Below are positions 27,684-40,659 of a stretch of 64,000 nucleotides of DNA, piece after piece. The position numbers were made by a program, and so were the translations under genes. This DNA is from Lytechinus pictus (taxonomy: Eukaryota): contig NC_087256.1 of NCBI RefSeq assembly GCF_037042905.1, positions 24,366,001 to 24,430,000 on the forward strand, written 5' to 3'. The notes under the pieces were generated by a model, which was given only the letters and a program-made list of their open reading frames with translations, was not told where the DNA came from and did no database searches. How positions within the stretch are numbered: the first letter of the stretch is position 1; each line of letters starts with the position of its first letter.

Positions 27684-28283
27684 AAGGATGGTCCGGGTTG
27701 AAAATATTTATATCTAAATAAATAGAGTAAAATTCACAGAGCAAAATGCTGAAAATTTCATCAAGATCGGATAAGAAATAACGAAGTTGTTGAATTTTGA
27801 ATCAATATTTTGTGAAAATAGTTATGTATGCACATCGTCATGAATATTCATTAGGTGGGCTGATGATGTCACATCCCCATTTTCCTTTTTCTTAAGTTAT
27901 TACATAAAATCATAAATGTTCAATTTTTTCATTCATGTGTAAATGATGTGTCTCCATTATGATGAAATAAGTTGTGACAATAAATAACTAGTGCACTTAA
28001 TCAGTTGTCAATCTAATTGTTTTAGTTCTTGGTAGAAAAATTTTGAATAAACCTAATTTCATATAATAAAATACAAAATAACAAGTGGGGCTGTGACATC
28101 ATCAGCCCACCTAATAAATATTCATAAAGACATGCCTAGAACTGTTTCACCGAATAATGCAAATCTTTAAAATTCAATAACTATTTTACTTGTTATCCGA
28201 TTTTGATCAAATTTTCAGCATTTTGCTTTGTGAATTTTACTCTATTTATTGAGATATAAATATTTCCAGCCTGGACCATCCCT
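27684..28283. mobile_element. Kolobok-like MITE (TTAA-type target)
   Basis: ttaa|AAGGATGGTCC...GGACCATCCCT|ctaa with long imperfect inverted arms; same family as 62073-62665 and a partial copy at ~36530-36750. Confidence 0.8.
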
Positions 28284-30754
28284 CTAAGGGTGCGATTAGC
28301 AACATTTTAAATCAATTTAGGGTGAAGAGCTGTACTCTTAGGAGAAGGTGCAATTATTGACCTACTGAACGTCAGAATAAAACTAAAGCACCCTAAAAGA
28401 TGAAAAGTGACACCTGGTTGCAAACAGGAACAAAAAGGTGATTTTCCCACTTTTTTCAGTTAGGGTGCATGGGCTACCGGTGCTGTATTGGGGTGCAATT
28501 TTTGACATTTTTACCTAAGTGTGTAAAAGATTGCAATGCCATAAAAATAGAGGATTATCTTATCAGGACATTGCAAAACTATACCAAAGAGTACCAACCG
28601 CTCAAAAATAAATCAATATTAAGTAATCATAAATGTAAGCACCTATGGTGTGCTATGGTACATTCCAAAGGTTACATGGTTGTGTTTCATAATAATATTA
28701 GTGTGTTACGTGTGATTGATGACTCTCATAATGTCTTGGGTGCTGAATTTGAAGTCAAGCCTCCATATTTTCTCCGTTCATTTTATTTCTTAAAAAAAAA
28801 TCCTCGATAAAGGGCCCGCCCCCTCCTGCCACCCCGACCCCTTTCTGATACGCCACCACTTCGTGTTTTACATTCTGGAAGGCAGCAGCTGGAAAGAGAA
28901 AGGGGAGTCTGACAAAGTTAGGTTGGTTGTAAGTGTAAGTGAAGTAGCAAGGAATTTATAGCCATTTCAGCTTAGAATAATGGGATCTTTTCTTTCCTGT
29001 AAAAAAAAAGAAATATCATAAGCGTATTAATCAGTTGGATCAACATATTGAGGGGTGATCGACATGGCTCTATTAACTATGTATAAACAACAATCATGAC
29101 AAGAGGCAAATGCATTTCTTATTCTTCCGCGTCACAGCGCATGGTTTAGGGGCAACTTAAGATATCATGAAAAATATAGGTTTCAATTTCCTTTTAAAGT
29201 AGGACGAGATTGTGAGAGGTTCTCAGAAATTTATCAAAGGCAATTCCATATAGTGGTTCAAACTCAGTTGATTCAATGTTCTTGCTAATTTCATATTGTT
29301 TTGTATTTAGTTTGTTACCAGATCAAGTGTTTCGAAAATTGTATACGAAGTGATTATTACCGCATGTGGTTTGAAAATAGAAGATAAAAATAAAATACTA
29401 ATTTGTTATAGATGAAACAATTGGGTATGATATAGGAGTGATATTTGTGACGATGTTTATACATGTATATGTGCAACATATTATTTGGTTGTTAAATGTT
29501 TAACCACTTGCTTGTTTGCTTAATTATCTGCACCTCCACCCCACCCCCCCCCCCCCCCCCCGTTTCTGTCACGCTGGCGCTCCCCCTCTCTCCCCCTCCC
29601 TCTTTCTCTCTATCTCATTTTATTTATGTTTCTTTCTCTTTATCCTTTTTTTATTGTTCTGTAAATGTCATTCATCTACTTATCATAATATTTTTTTCTT
29701 CTTTAACCTCCCAGATAAATATTGTGAAGGTTTTTTTTTTTAGAAAGAAAATCGTCCTAATGAAAATCACGCTTGATCTGCATTACTCGCCTCATCGGAC
29801 CCGTCTAATTATTAGTCATGGCTCATTACCAGATAGCTTATGTCATTGATAAGTTCATTTTCAAACAATTTTATTCGATACATTTATTTCGTCTGGCTTT
29901 GACAATGGCCCTTTACCCAAGGTGTAACGTCTGACTGAGTTGTTTTGTGGCGAGGGCAAAATGGGTACTATCTCGTTGTGATCAGGATCGGTATTTTTCA
30001 ACACTTTACAGACAGGTGTGCGTTCTTTCTTTCTTTCATTTATTCTCTATATTTTTGCCGTAATCGTTATTTTTGTATTTAATTTTGTCTGTATCTTTTT
30101 GTAATCTTTAAAATTTTTGAATCTCCAAAATTTTTACGACAAAAAGGGGGGAAACAACAGGAATGGAAAGGGAAATAAATATTATCTTATTCTCTGAATC
30201 CTATGTCAACAACTTTTTTTTTTTTTTTTATTAGTAAAAATTTCAAAAGTTTTGCGCTCTCGCTCGCGCCTTTTACAAATTTCGCCCCATACGCCATGCC
30301 TGCCCCCTTCAATTTTTTTTAGGTCATTACGCCACAAGTTTTATCAAGAATTGTCTACAATGGCGCTCCAGCTAGGTTGATGACTTTATGAATTCACAAA
30401 TCCACCTACGAATAAACACAGAAAAACACAACGCCCTCAAAAGATGGCAACTTTTGTTTCTTGTGGTGTGTCCCTATTCTTGAAATCAAATGGACGGCTG
30501 AACCCCAATCAACTGAAACTAAGTAAGTAGAGGGATGAGCAACCACTGTCACTGAATGTCAACAGAGTTGTGACGTCAGCAACCATTTAAGGGTGGTTCA
30601 AACACATTTGTTTTACATCAGGGTCAAAACTCCTCGAAAAATTCTCACGATTATAGAAACTTACTCGTAGATTGAAATAGTTTAAGTGTGTTTTAGAGCT
30701 TGTAACAAAGGACCCCCCCCCCCCCTTCGCCCCTGGTCTACATCTATACGATTA

Positions 30755-30920
30755 CACTCTAAAAAATGAAGTGCTAATTTAGCACTTAATGTCCTTGTAT
30801 AGTGACTGCACTTTGAGTGCTGACTTAGTCATTCAAATTTGAACTAGAAAATCAGCACTCAAAGTGCAGTCACTATACAAGGACATTAAGTGCTAAATTA
30901 GCACTTCATCTTCTAGAGTA
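30755..30920. mobile_element. TA-TSD hairpin MITE, copy A
   Basis: TA|CACTCTAAAAAATGAAGTGCTAATTTAGCAC...GTGCTAAATTAGCACTTCATCTTCTAGAGTA|TA. Confidence 0.88.
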
Positions 30921-31117
30921 TATGCGGGGTATTTTTCGTTATTCAATGTGCAATATACCGTGACCAAAATATGGTCTAAGAGTGGGTGATTCATAACTTA
31001 AAATAACCATACTGTTACAAATATAATATCGCAAAGGTCAAAGCTCTATTTGGAAAATATTTTAGTAATTACCTATTTTTCCTATCATCATGGCATTGTA
31101 TCAAAATTAAATTAGTA

Positions 31118-31283
31118 CACTGTAAAAAGTGAAGTGCTAATTTAGCGCTTACAGTGCTTGTATAGTGACTGCACTACGAGTGCTGATTGTCTAGTTTAAA
31201 TTTGAACTTAAAAATCAGCACTCGTAGTGCAGTCACTATACAAGCACTGTAAGTGCTAAATTAGCACTTCAGTTTTTACAGTG
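31118..31283. mobile_element. TA-TSD hairpin MITE, copy B
   Basis: TA|CACTGTAAAAAGTGAAGTGCTAATTTAG...CACTTCAGTTTTTACAGTG|TA. Confidence 0.9.
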
Positions 31284-33839
31284 TATTTGGAAGAAAAAAA
31301 TGTTCGTTCTCCTCGCTGTCTCGGTTACATATATGATTTCGAACTTATTCCAAAAATTATGGATTAAAGGGACTGCTGACCTGTTTTATGTTGTTCTTTA
31401 AGAGTTTTGAAATAGACTCATCATATAGCTTCAATTTTACATCCCTCGTCCTCATGCTTCTCATGAACATTCAGATTAGTTTAGAAAATATCTCCTTTTC
31501 AGTAGAAATTCGTAATAGGTCAAGGTGACCGATTTTTCAGGGATCGAGTCGGTATATACAGTATATATAGCCTGTATGATGCATAGACCTCGAAATAGAT
31601 GGCGCAACATCAGGGCTTAAATGACGAATGAATCATCAGCTTTAATTAAGAAAGGGTTTTGTCTCTCAGCCTTTCTTTGGATCATTAAGCCTATCAATAT
31701 TTCATCATCCTCAAAACGAACCAAAGACTTGGAATTCTTTTTCCGACCGGCTCGACCTTCACACAAAGTTATAAATTATATGATAATCATTATACGCTGA
31801 TTATTTGGAGAAATGAAACAGAATGCTCGCTCTTTCACCTTTCCCTCTTTTCGACCTTCTTATTTTAAGAGGTCGTACAAAATTAAAAGAATTATTTAGG
31901 CCCCGATTTAGGCATTAATATTTTTCTGTGACATGGGAAAAAGCACTTCTTTCAAGATATAATTTTGACTTTATAAACATGCCACAAAAATTTACCCAAA
32001 AAATGATTAATTTGAAAAGGGTCAATGTAACCAAAGAGATTAGGCACGTGCATGGCAATATGAGGCCGAAAGGGTGAATGAGTAGGATATTTTCCGTCCT
32101 AAAACCTCTTCAGAACTCGTTTGACATAATTTGATAAGCGGTTCTACTTGAAGGCCAAAAATTTAATTCTAAAATCAAATTTTACAGACTGTCCTTTGGT
32201 TGAATTACTTTTGTGTTGTTCTATGTCGTATTGTTTTTTTTTTCCTTAACGTAATATATTTTATCAGATTCTGTTCAAATCATGTCCAAATACTTCCTAA
32301 GAGCACATTCATACGATTTTACATAATTATATTTATTTAGGTTTTTTTTAAATGATAATGATAAATAATTGCCCTAGAATTCAAATGATCATACGAGCAT
32401 TAATAGCATCGACGGAACCATAGCAACCATTTTGGTGACATTTGCTCCGGTGTTAATATCTTAGAGGGCATAGGGTTAGAGTTGGAAATTTAATTGAGTT
32501 CTGGGTTTGAATAAGGATTAGAGTTTATTCAATATTGGAGGTTAGGTTTTATGTTTGGCTTAACGTGCAAATTTTCCATCTGAGCAATTGTCGCCGGAGC
32601 AAATGTCATGGAACCTCTATTTCATTAATTTTGGTTCACTTCTCCCTTGTTTTTACCCATGTCTTCCTACATGACCGAAAGAGGCCAAATTGTCTCTAGA
32701 CATGTTGGGGTCGCCATTTCTTATGAATAAATCTGCCCCATGCATTCCCCCCATCCCGCGCACCTTGAATGTAATTATAACCATATCATACTTAAAAACA
32801 AACAAAAAATTATACAAATATGAATTTTGCACAAGCACAAGGCAGTGCTACATACCATTTTAATTGATGAATGCAATAGCCTAATATTTTTTTTAGAAAA
32901 ACTGGTTTCAATTCTCCCTTTGAAAATGTATATCAAATTACATTTTTTAAATCATTTGTAAGATTAACGAGTGTTGCCAAACTCATATCGTACATTGCGT
33001 GTCAGCATCATTCAGATCCTCTTTTATAATAGTTTTAAGTGAATATTCACCAAAGAGGGGATTTCTTTTTATACGGAATTGATTGTTTCCAAACTATTTA
33101 TACACCTTTACTGAGAAATTCAAAGATATGACATATAAAGAGTGATAAATGGATTTTGTTTTGTGTGAATGTTGTGTGTACACACAAAGTCAACGTTCTT
33201 TATGGAATTTGGTTCACATAAAGGACATTATTGTTATACCCATATCCAAGTTGGTTTGAATAATACGAGCAAACTAAAAAAAGGGTTAATATATCGGGGC
33301 TAGCTTATTAAAATTTTAACGTTTTAATAAAACCTTTTGACATCCAATTTGGGTGAATATTTTACTGTTGTGCGTGTTGTTAATTTTGCTCTTTTGATTC
33401 AAATCAAGATAATGTTGGGGTGGACAAGGCCTTTGAAAATAATCATCTGCGTTTCTAGATGAATGCCTAAGTGAAACACTAGCTAAGCAATGGCAATGAT
33501 GTTCTACTGCGTATTCGCATTGAAAGCTTCAATTACTAATCACTACTCTATCGTTGATGGCGCTAAGTATAAAAGTAGAGAAAGTTATATTCATCTCGAA
33601 CTGTTCTTTTTATTTTTGTTCAGTTTTGGAATAGTTTGACCTGGAAATCGAATTTACACGTTCAATATGAGTTCAAGTTTATGAGCCCTCAAATACATAC
33701 ATACTTGCTAACACTTGAACATTTATATAGCGCTTCTTCACGTATAAACATGCTCAAAGCGCTTTACAATATAGCACAGTTAATAATTTTATTCGTTAAT
33801 TCAGATGCTTACAACATATAAAGTGTTTGTCACATAGAA

Positions 33840-34110
33840 AATAAATGTGTTTTTAGCTTGTTTCTTATCTTAATTATACAGAAGGATACAAACGGATATT
33901 TTCAGGGAGACTATCCCAAAAGCTGGGACCAGTGAAACTTATAAATTGTTGACTTTTCTTGGAGTTCATTCTGGGAGCATGTAAAAAAATGTGAGTCTGT
34001 TCTAGAAGGCAATGAGTAGTGACTTTGTTGAACTGAATAAAGCAAGGTTAGCATGAAATGTATAATTCATGAATTCAATAGTATTTTTAGAATAAACATT
34101 TATAGTCAAG
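33840..34110 (-). pseudogene. LINE ORF2 C-terminal remnant
   Basis: The minus strand reads ...FISFTGPSFWDSLPENIR..., a typical CR1/L2 C-terminal GP-x-x-W-x-x-LP motif. Confidence 0.65.
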
Positions 34111-34669
34111 TACCCTAGGGTGTCGGATGGTCTTTGGAAATCGTGGCCCTAATAAAAAATGGCACTTCTTGGAGTAAAAGTAGGGCGCCTATAGATGCAA
34201 ACAATGCGGAAATACCAATTTGATAATTTTCGACACTTATTTGTCCTGGTTCCAGATAAATAATGTAAAATGATGCCTTCCAATTAATGTGATATACAAA
34301 CGCCCATTCCACGTTGCCGTAGCTAGTTTGATGATTGGGGAACAAGAAGAAAACCAAAGTCTCGATCCCGTGGCCTTACGCAGCGGGCAGCAGGGGACAG
34401 TTACCCCCCCCCCCCCCAGTAATTTGGAAAATTTCTTTCTTGAAAATTCTTCACAAAACTCACTAAAAGTATGCACAAAATCTTTCAATTTCACTTAAAT
34501 TACAAAGTGCAAAAAGCCCTAATATACAAGCTCGGTGGCTTCGCTCCCTCGTTTTTATTAGTTGTTTTTAAAGTTTTTTTTTTTTTTTTTACGCAGCCTG
34601 CCCCCCCCCCCCCCCGGTTAAAAATAAACTTATAAGTACGGCGTTGTTCAATCCATTCCCTTTAGACCT

Positions 34670-35565
34670 TTTCTTTAAAAAGTCAAAAAGGGGCCTAAGC
34701 TTTCGATCCTAGCAGAATCTTCGTCGGAGGCAAAATGACAAACATATAAAGTGGAACAACCATAATATAGACCACAAACAAGCTACAGCAACACTAGAAA
34801 CAAGGAGACAAAAGGGGCATTAGTGAGTAGAGAAGACCAATCAGGTTAGTGAAGGGGATGAAAGAAAAGGAGTATAGAGGCAGACACAAAGGGGAGTTAG
34901 TGTAAGTAAGGCCAAGAGGGATTAAGATAATGAGGCAGGCAACATCAAACAGGATCTGGAACAAAACAGTGATAGAGGGATGAATAACTAGAGAATTAGT
35001 GAGAGGTGGGTCAAACAGGTTACAAAGAAAGGCATAATAAACTGGTGCATAAGAGTGGGGGGAAAAGGGAAAAGAATGGGGAACAACTGATAATGTGCAA
35101 AAGACAAATAAGTATATATGATAAAGCATTAAACAAACTAAGAGAAGAAGGTAAGTGTAAATATGTATCTATAAGTGATATGTATATAAATATATCCAAA
35201 AAAGAAATGTATATGAAAAAATATAAATGCACATATGGTGTAACTGATATTGTAATCCGCTAGGTGTGACGGGAAAAAAACATAGGACTATACAGTAGGA
35301 AAAAAAACACCTGTATATGTGAAAAAGAGGAAGCAAATTGCCTAAAAGGTAAAAGCAAATATAGAAAATAGGGGGTGTATTATGAAGAATCCATAGTATA
35401 CATGTAAATAAGCAAATGTGGTAAATCTAAAAGAGGTGAGTGGAGAAAAAAATATATATATATAATAATTATTATATCGCCTGAATAAGAAAGGAAAAAT
35501 TGGAGCTGAGCTTGTATGAGATATGGGAGGAAAGTAGAGGAAGAAACTATAATGTAACTATTCAA
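34670..35565 (-). mobile_element. Penelope-like element terminal (pLTR) remnant
   Basis: Pyrimidine-rich minus-strand tract ending in a hammerhead-like motif; boundaries approximate. Confidence 0.55.
34693..34731 (-). ncRNA. Minimal type I hammerhead ribozyme motif (Penelope-type)
   Basis: GCCU-CCGACGA-A-GAUUCU(GCU)AGGAUC-GAAAGCUU-AGGC: stem I, variant core, stem II and palindromic AGCU in place of stem III. Confidence 0.65.
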
Positions 35566-35615
35566 AAGAGCTGAGGGGAAAGTGAACTTTCTGACGTAAA
35601 ATTCAATGTTTATGT

Positions 35616-35842
35616 GGGGGCGTCGTGGTCTTGTGGTTATGACTCTCGTCTTTTAATCTGAGGGACGTGGGTTCGAATCCTAGCCATGGCGTGATTTCCT
35701 TCAGGGCATTGTATTGGACTCGATCAACCCAGGTCCGGGTGACGGAATGGTTACCAGGTAGGAAGGAATTCCTTGAACGCTTGAGCGCCTAGCTAGCCTA
35801 GAAAGTGGCTACCCTGGGTAGATAATCAGTTATTATTAATAT
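35616..35842 (+). mobile_element. tRNA-derived SINE
   Basis: GTGGTCTTGTGGTTA A box, GGTTCGAATCC B box, ATT-type tail. Confidence 0.78.
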
Positions 35843-36198
35843 CAATGTTCATTATAATGCTTTATATTCCCCTTCATAATAATTACATTTCAACCGGTCA
35901 AGGAATTTGGGGTGAAAGTACTTCCTCGTAAGGCCATATCACTGTCCCCCACACCCTCCGTGGCCTGCTTCCATTGTCAGTATTTTTTTCTCTCGACCAA
36001 GAAAATAAAGAACAGAATAAAATGAAATGGAAAAGGATAAAATACGATTTTCTGAGTAATTAAAATCTATCACAAAAATTATATTCATTGTATTATAAGG
36101 GTCGAAATTGTGGATCGCTGGCTTTGCTCACTCGCAGATTTTTAGAAAAATTTGTTCCATACAACGTCTGGTGCTTTAGAATTTCTGATTCATTACGC

Positions 36199-36464
36199 CA
36201 GTGACGTACAGATGGGGGCTTGGGGTGCTTGTCCCCCCCAAAAAAAAATGACGATTGAGAAAAAAAATGAAAAGGAAAGAGAGAAGGATAAAATATGATA
36301 TTATTTTCTGAATATTTTTATTATGTCACAATCACAAAATTTGATTTTTGTAATAACAATGTCAAAAATTTTGCTCGCTCGCTTCACATTCTTGCAACTT
36401 TTGATAAATATTGCCCGATACGCAATATCTAGCCCCCTCAAAAATTTGGCTCATTGCGCCACTG
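36199..36464. mobile_element. hAT-like MITE
   Basis: CAGTGACGTA...TGCGCCACTG; 8-bp TSD CATTACGC. Confidence 0.85.
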
Positions 36465-36839
36465 CATTACGCTTCTGGCTGCAACTGTTAAGGAGTCATA
36501 TCACATACACATGTATGAAAATATGAAATCATTATGATTTCATGTAATAACATAAGAAGAAAGAAAGTGGGGACATGACATCATCAGACCACCTAATGAA
36601 TATTCGTGACAGTGTGGATATAACTGTTTTGACAAAATATAAGTAGACTTAAGAATTTAATAGATTTTGATGAGGTTTTCAGCATGTTGTGGTCTTTTTT
36701 TTTCTTTATTTAGATTTGATTATATCAGCCCAGCTAGAATACCCCTTTTTGTAAAGAGAAAAATTAATATACATAATGGCTTTTACGAACTACCGTTACT
36801 GATACTTACGAATCTAGCTTCTTCTTGTTGTTATTCTTT

Positions 36840-37140
36840 TATTGGTTTGGTTGCATTCAACTATTATCGCCATTGCGAGCGGCAACCTTGCTGAAAATCT
36901 CCGTGTGTTTTTCCATTTTTATTTGCATGCTGCACAACACCGTGAACATTATTTATAGTGGACTTCCCCCGATGGGAGCAGTCGAATTTTAGATAATGAA
37001 TGGTTTATAATATTGTAAGTTTTAAGCATTTGTTTGTGAATATTTAATATCTATAATATTTGGCATTCAGCGATGCTGAAGTATAATCATAAATTCGAAT
37101 AGTTTAGTCGAATTATTGAAGTGAGAATGTTTCTGTGAGT
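36840..37140 (+). promoter_or_regulatory. Candidate VPS51 promoter and non-coding first exon
   Basis: Reverse CCAAT at 36841, CGCCATT motif, candidate donors GTAAGT 37015 and GTGAGT 37135. The first coding exon has an acceptor 7 nt before the ATG. Confidence 0.3.
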
Positions 37141-37253
37141 GTGACTGTGATCAGTGCAGTGCCACTGCCAGCAGTGTGCTGTACCGGTACGTACCGAGCA
37201 GGTGCCAGGCAGTAGCTGCACCATCCGCTGTTGGGGCGGGGCTCCGTTCCCCC

Positions 37254-37780
37254 TAACCCAGAGAGCTCCCGCCCGCGCAGCGGGCGGGAGCCCAGAAGCT
37301 TACCGTGTATTTTACCATTGTCACCGGACTAGGGTGATTTATGGTCTAAATATTTCTCCAAATGAATTGTGAAAACAGAAAGTATACAATTACCACGATT
37401 ATATGGATGAAGGTCTAACGAGTGGCAGATTCCTGACATCTGGGCACAGTCTGGAACCTCAAAAAAACGAAAAGTTCTCTCCTTCTACCCCGTCTCGATC
37501 GGCCATTTTTGTTAAAAATCGTAACAAAATGGCCGATCGAGACTGGGTAGAAGGAGAGAACTTTTCGTTTTTTTGAGGTTCCAGACTGTGCCCAGATGTC
37601 AGGAATCTGCCACTCGTTAGACCTTCATCCATATAATCGTGGTAATTGTATACTTTCCGTTTTCACAATTCATTTGGAGAAATATTTAGACCATAAATCA
37701 CCCTAGTCCGGTGACAATGGTAAAATACACGGTAAGCTTCTGGGCTCCCGCCCCTGCGCGGGCGGGAGCTCTCTGGGTTA
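37254..37780. mobile_element. 527-bp foldback MITE, Mutator-like
   Basis: Almost entirely palindromic (TAACCCAGAGAGCTCC...GGAGCTCTCTGGGTTA) with a 9-bp TSD CGTTCCCCC at 37245-53 and 37781-89. Confidence 0.92.
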
Positions 37781-37811
37781 CGTTCCCCCGTGATGTTCGT
37801 GCAGGCTCCAC

Positions 37812-38921
37812 GGGCCCGTTTCTCAACACCGTCATAAGTCTAACTTCTTGACTAAATCGGAGATAGTGAGCTACTTGTCCGCTTACCGTTTCACGAAGCC
37901 CTCTTTGCCAATATCGGGGACAACAACCTGACCAAATATTTGACACCTCCGAACCTGTCATAACTTCTTTCTTGATGACGTAGTCGTAGGTCGTAGTGAT
38001 ATCACGTGGGTAGACTATGACATGCAATAGTGCCTGGAAATTTGAAAATTATAATCTTACGTAATCAATCATAGAGGTTGAAATTTACATCACAAAACAA
38101 GTGGGATAATGCATTCAATGATAATTGTAATACAAAGAAACTATAAAAGCTGTTGGTAAAATGCCATGTTGTTGTTGTTGTTCGTTGTGGGTCGTTTCCA
38201 CACCCAAATGATCTCCTAGTCGGTATACTCTCAGTGTGCCACAAAGGTCAAAGCCATTCACTTTGAAATAGATAAAGATTCTACCACGAGTCACGTCAGG
38301 CCATCCATAACTTGACTCGTATTTGTCGTTTTCAGACCCCTATTAACATCTGGATAAATTCTATCTCTAATTTATGCATATAATATGTCAAATCGTATGA
38401 TTCTGTATCAAAGATTTAAAAAGATATTGTTAAACTATATTTTGATGATGTTTGGAATCGTAAAAGACCGTATAATTATCATCATTTTACAAAGAAAACC
38501 GTTATGGTTTACTTTCGTAAACTATTAAAATTGGATATCCCGGGGGTACCCATCTCAACGTCCACATGTGATTTTTAGTCATGAAATGAATTGTTCATAA
38601 TTTAATTTTCTCGGCAATTGAATGCTCCAGTCTTCATGGTTTAAGTATGTATGATGCATAATTTACCTGCGCTATTATTTTGAAAAGATGTATTTCCAAA
38701 TTTATCACAATATTTGCAATTTTTCATAATTTTTCTTTTTGAAAATTATGCTATTTTGTGACTAAGGCTACGTCTCGTCTGCTCTTTTTACCAATTGTAT
38801 CGATATCAAGGTATTCTAGTTAGGAAGCCTTTCGTGAAACGGGTTTAGTTAGATTGGAACTAACTCCGTGGTTAGTGGATAAAGATACGACTAACTTGTC
38901 CAGGTGTTGAGAAACAGGCCC
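37812..38921. mobile_element. Non-autonomous PIF/Harbinger-like element
   Basis: TIR GGGCC(C/T)GTTTCTCAACACC at both ends; 3-bp TSD CAC. Confidence 0.8.
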
Positions 38922-39535
38922 CACTTCACTACCGCTACACTACGCTCCACCTACCCCGAACCTCAAGTCGGTGAACTCGTTCGGATACTCTGAGTGGCAA
39001 AGGTGGGAAAAAAAGCATATTTATTGTAAAAATTATCCCCAAAAAGACATCAACAATAAATAAAAGCTTAATTTCTTACTCTACACCCTTATTTCACTGC
39101 ATATCCATCCTCCGGTTATCCTCAAAACTGGTGATTTAGAGCCAGTATCTAATTCCTCACACGTATTATTCACGGCCGAATTCAAAACATCACATGCGAG
39201 GGTCGGAGGTCAAACAGCATGAATATTTATATTATATTGGATGGCTCAGAATGGAATACCAGAAATATTCCAAGAGTTTGGGAAAATATTCCACGAATCA
39301 GTGGAATATTTGGGGGTTAGGAGAATTTTGGTTTAGAACTAAGGTCATCAGAAAAAAATTGACTTCAAAATCTAACTTCTACTTGCATAATCTGACTTTA
39401 GTCTTTCAAACAGAAGGTTGTAGGGTCAGATCCTAGCCATGGGGCACGTTTTTCATCCAGCAAGAAATCTATACACATTGTGCTGCACCTGACCCAGGTG
39501 AGATGAATAAATACCTGACAGGATTATGTCCTTAA

Positions 39536-40268
39536 CCCTATAGCACCTGAACCGCCCGAGACCGCCCTTCCTATTACACACTGAACCGCCCGTACGTTTT
39601 CTTTGCGCCATAGTATCTCTTGTCTATGATTTACCGTGGTAATATTGCGTGTGCATACCGTATAGGTTGGCTGCTATATAGATCTGCATAGAAAAGTGTA
39701 TGCTCCTATTGAGTATAATAGAGAAAAACCGATTGACATGCATCGGTGTATAGCAAGTTCCAGACTGTTGCGCAGTCGATCTCAGCAAAGATGGCTGCGT
39801 CCATGTCTCGGAAAACCACTTACTTCGCCGAAGAAGCTCTGGCGTTGCTATATGTTCATCAAAACGTTGAATATCACACAGAGTGACATCTAGATGTGAG
39901 TTGGAATTAATTTTTGACATATTTGATCCAAGATTTGGCGAAAACTTTAGTATTCTGTCAGTGATACTTTACATTTTTTTGAAGGCGTGGGACTGGGGCG
40001 GCTGAAACCCGAACTTTTGGTTTTTTTTCTTCTCGCTCTGCAAACGATTGTCAAAGGTCAATATTCGTACATCTGATTGAACTTTGCCATGTACCATTCT
40101 ATTCAACAGGTCCTATGCTACAAAATAAATATAACTTGTAATGAACAAAAGTAAATTTATAAAAAACTATTTCAATTTGTTTGGAACAATGCCTACTTAT
40201 TACCAGTTTTATTGTTTCCTCCAGTGAGTAATTGCCATTATGCATAGGAATCTGTAGGTGCTATAGGG
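39536..40268. mobile_element. piggyBac-like MITE inserted into a SINE
   Basis: TTAA|CCCTATAGCACCT...AGGTGCTATAGGG|TTAA. SINE 5' part at ~39386-39535 and 3' part at ~40273-40360. Confidence 0.88.
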
Positions 40269-40439
40269 TTAAATGCACCAAGTGCTGCTGGAAAAGCCAT
40301 AGCTAAAGCCGGGGTACAGGTGTAATTATATTTTCGCTCTGGCAAAAGGCGCTATATATTTTTTTTATTATTTTTACTATTATTAGTAGTATAATCTGTA
40401 ATTGTGATTATCATTTTCATGATTTCATCAAGGTACACA

Positions 40440-40659
40440 ATGAGTGAGGGATCGTCAGAGGGCGGGGCGGCAAAGTCTCGGAAGAAACACGGCATGCTGA
40501 AGATGTACTACGGTCTCGACGACCAACAGGAGAAGCCGTCCAACATGAACCCTACGGACATCAACGGCGCTTACTTTAATCCAGAGGTATATCTTACAAT
40601 GATCATGAAGGAAAAGAGACTCAACGATCTCATCGATAAAGAAGCCGAGATGGTCAAAC
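40440..40659 (+). CDS. VPS51: Vacuolar protein sorting-associated protein 51 (GARP/EARP subunit), coding exon 1
   Basis: MSEGSSEGGAAKSRKKHGMLKMYYGL...PTDINGAYFNPEVYL matches the VPS51 N-terminus. AG at 40431-32 suggests an upstream 5'UTR exon. GTGAGT donor at 40660, phase 1. Confidence 0.93.

Noticed and set aside
32433-32615. Interstitial telomere repeats
   Set aside because: Only degenerate TTAGGG-like words inside a small inverted-repeat element.
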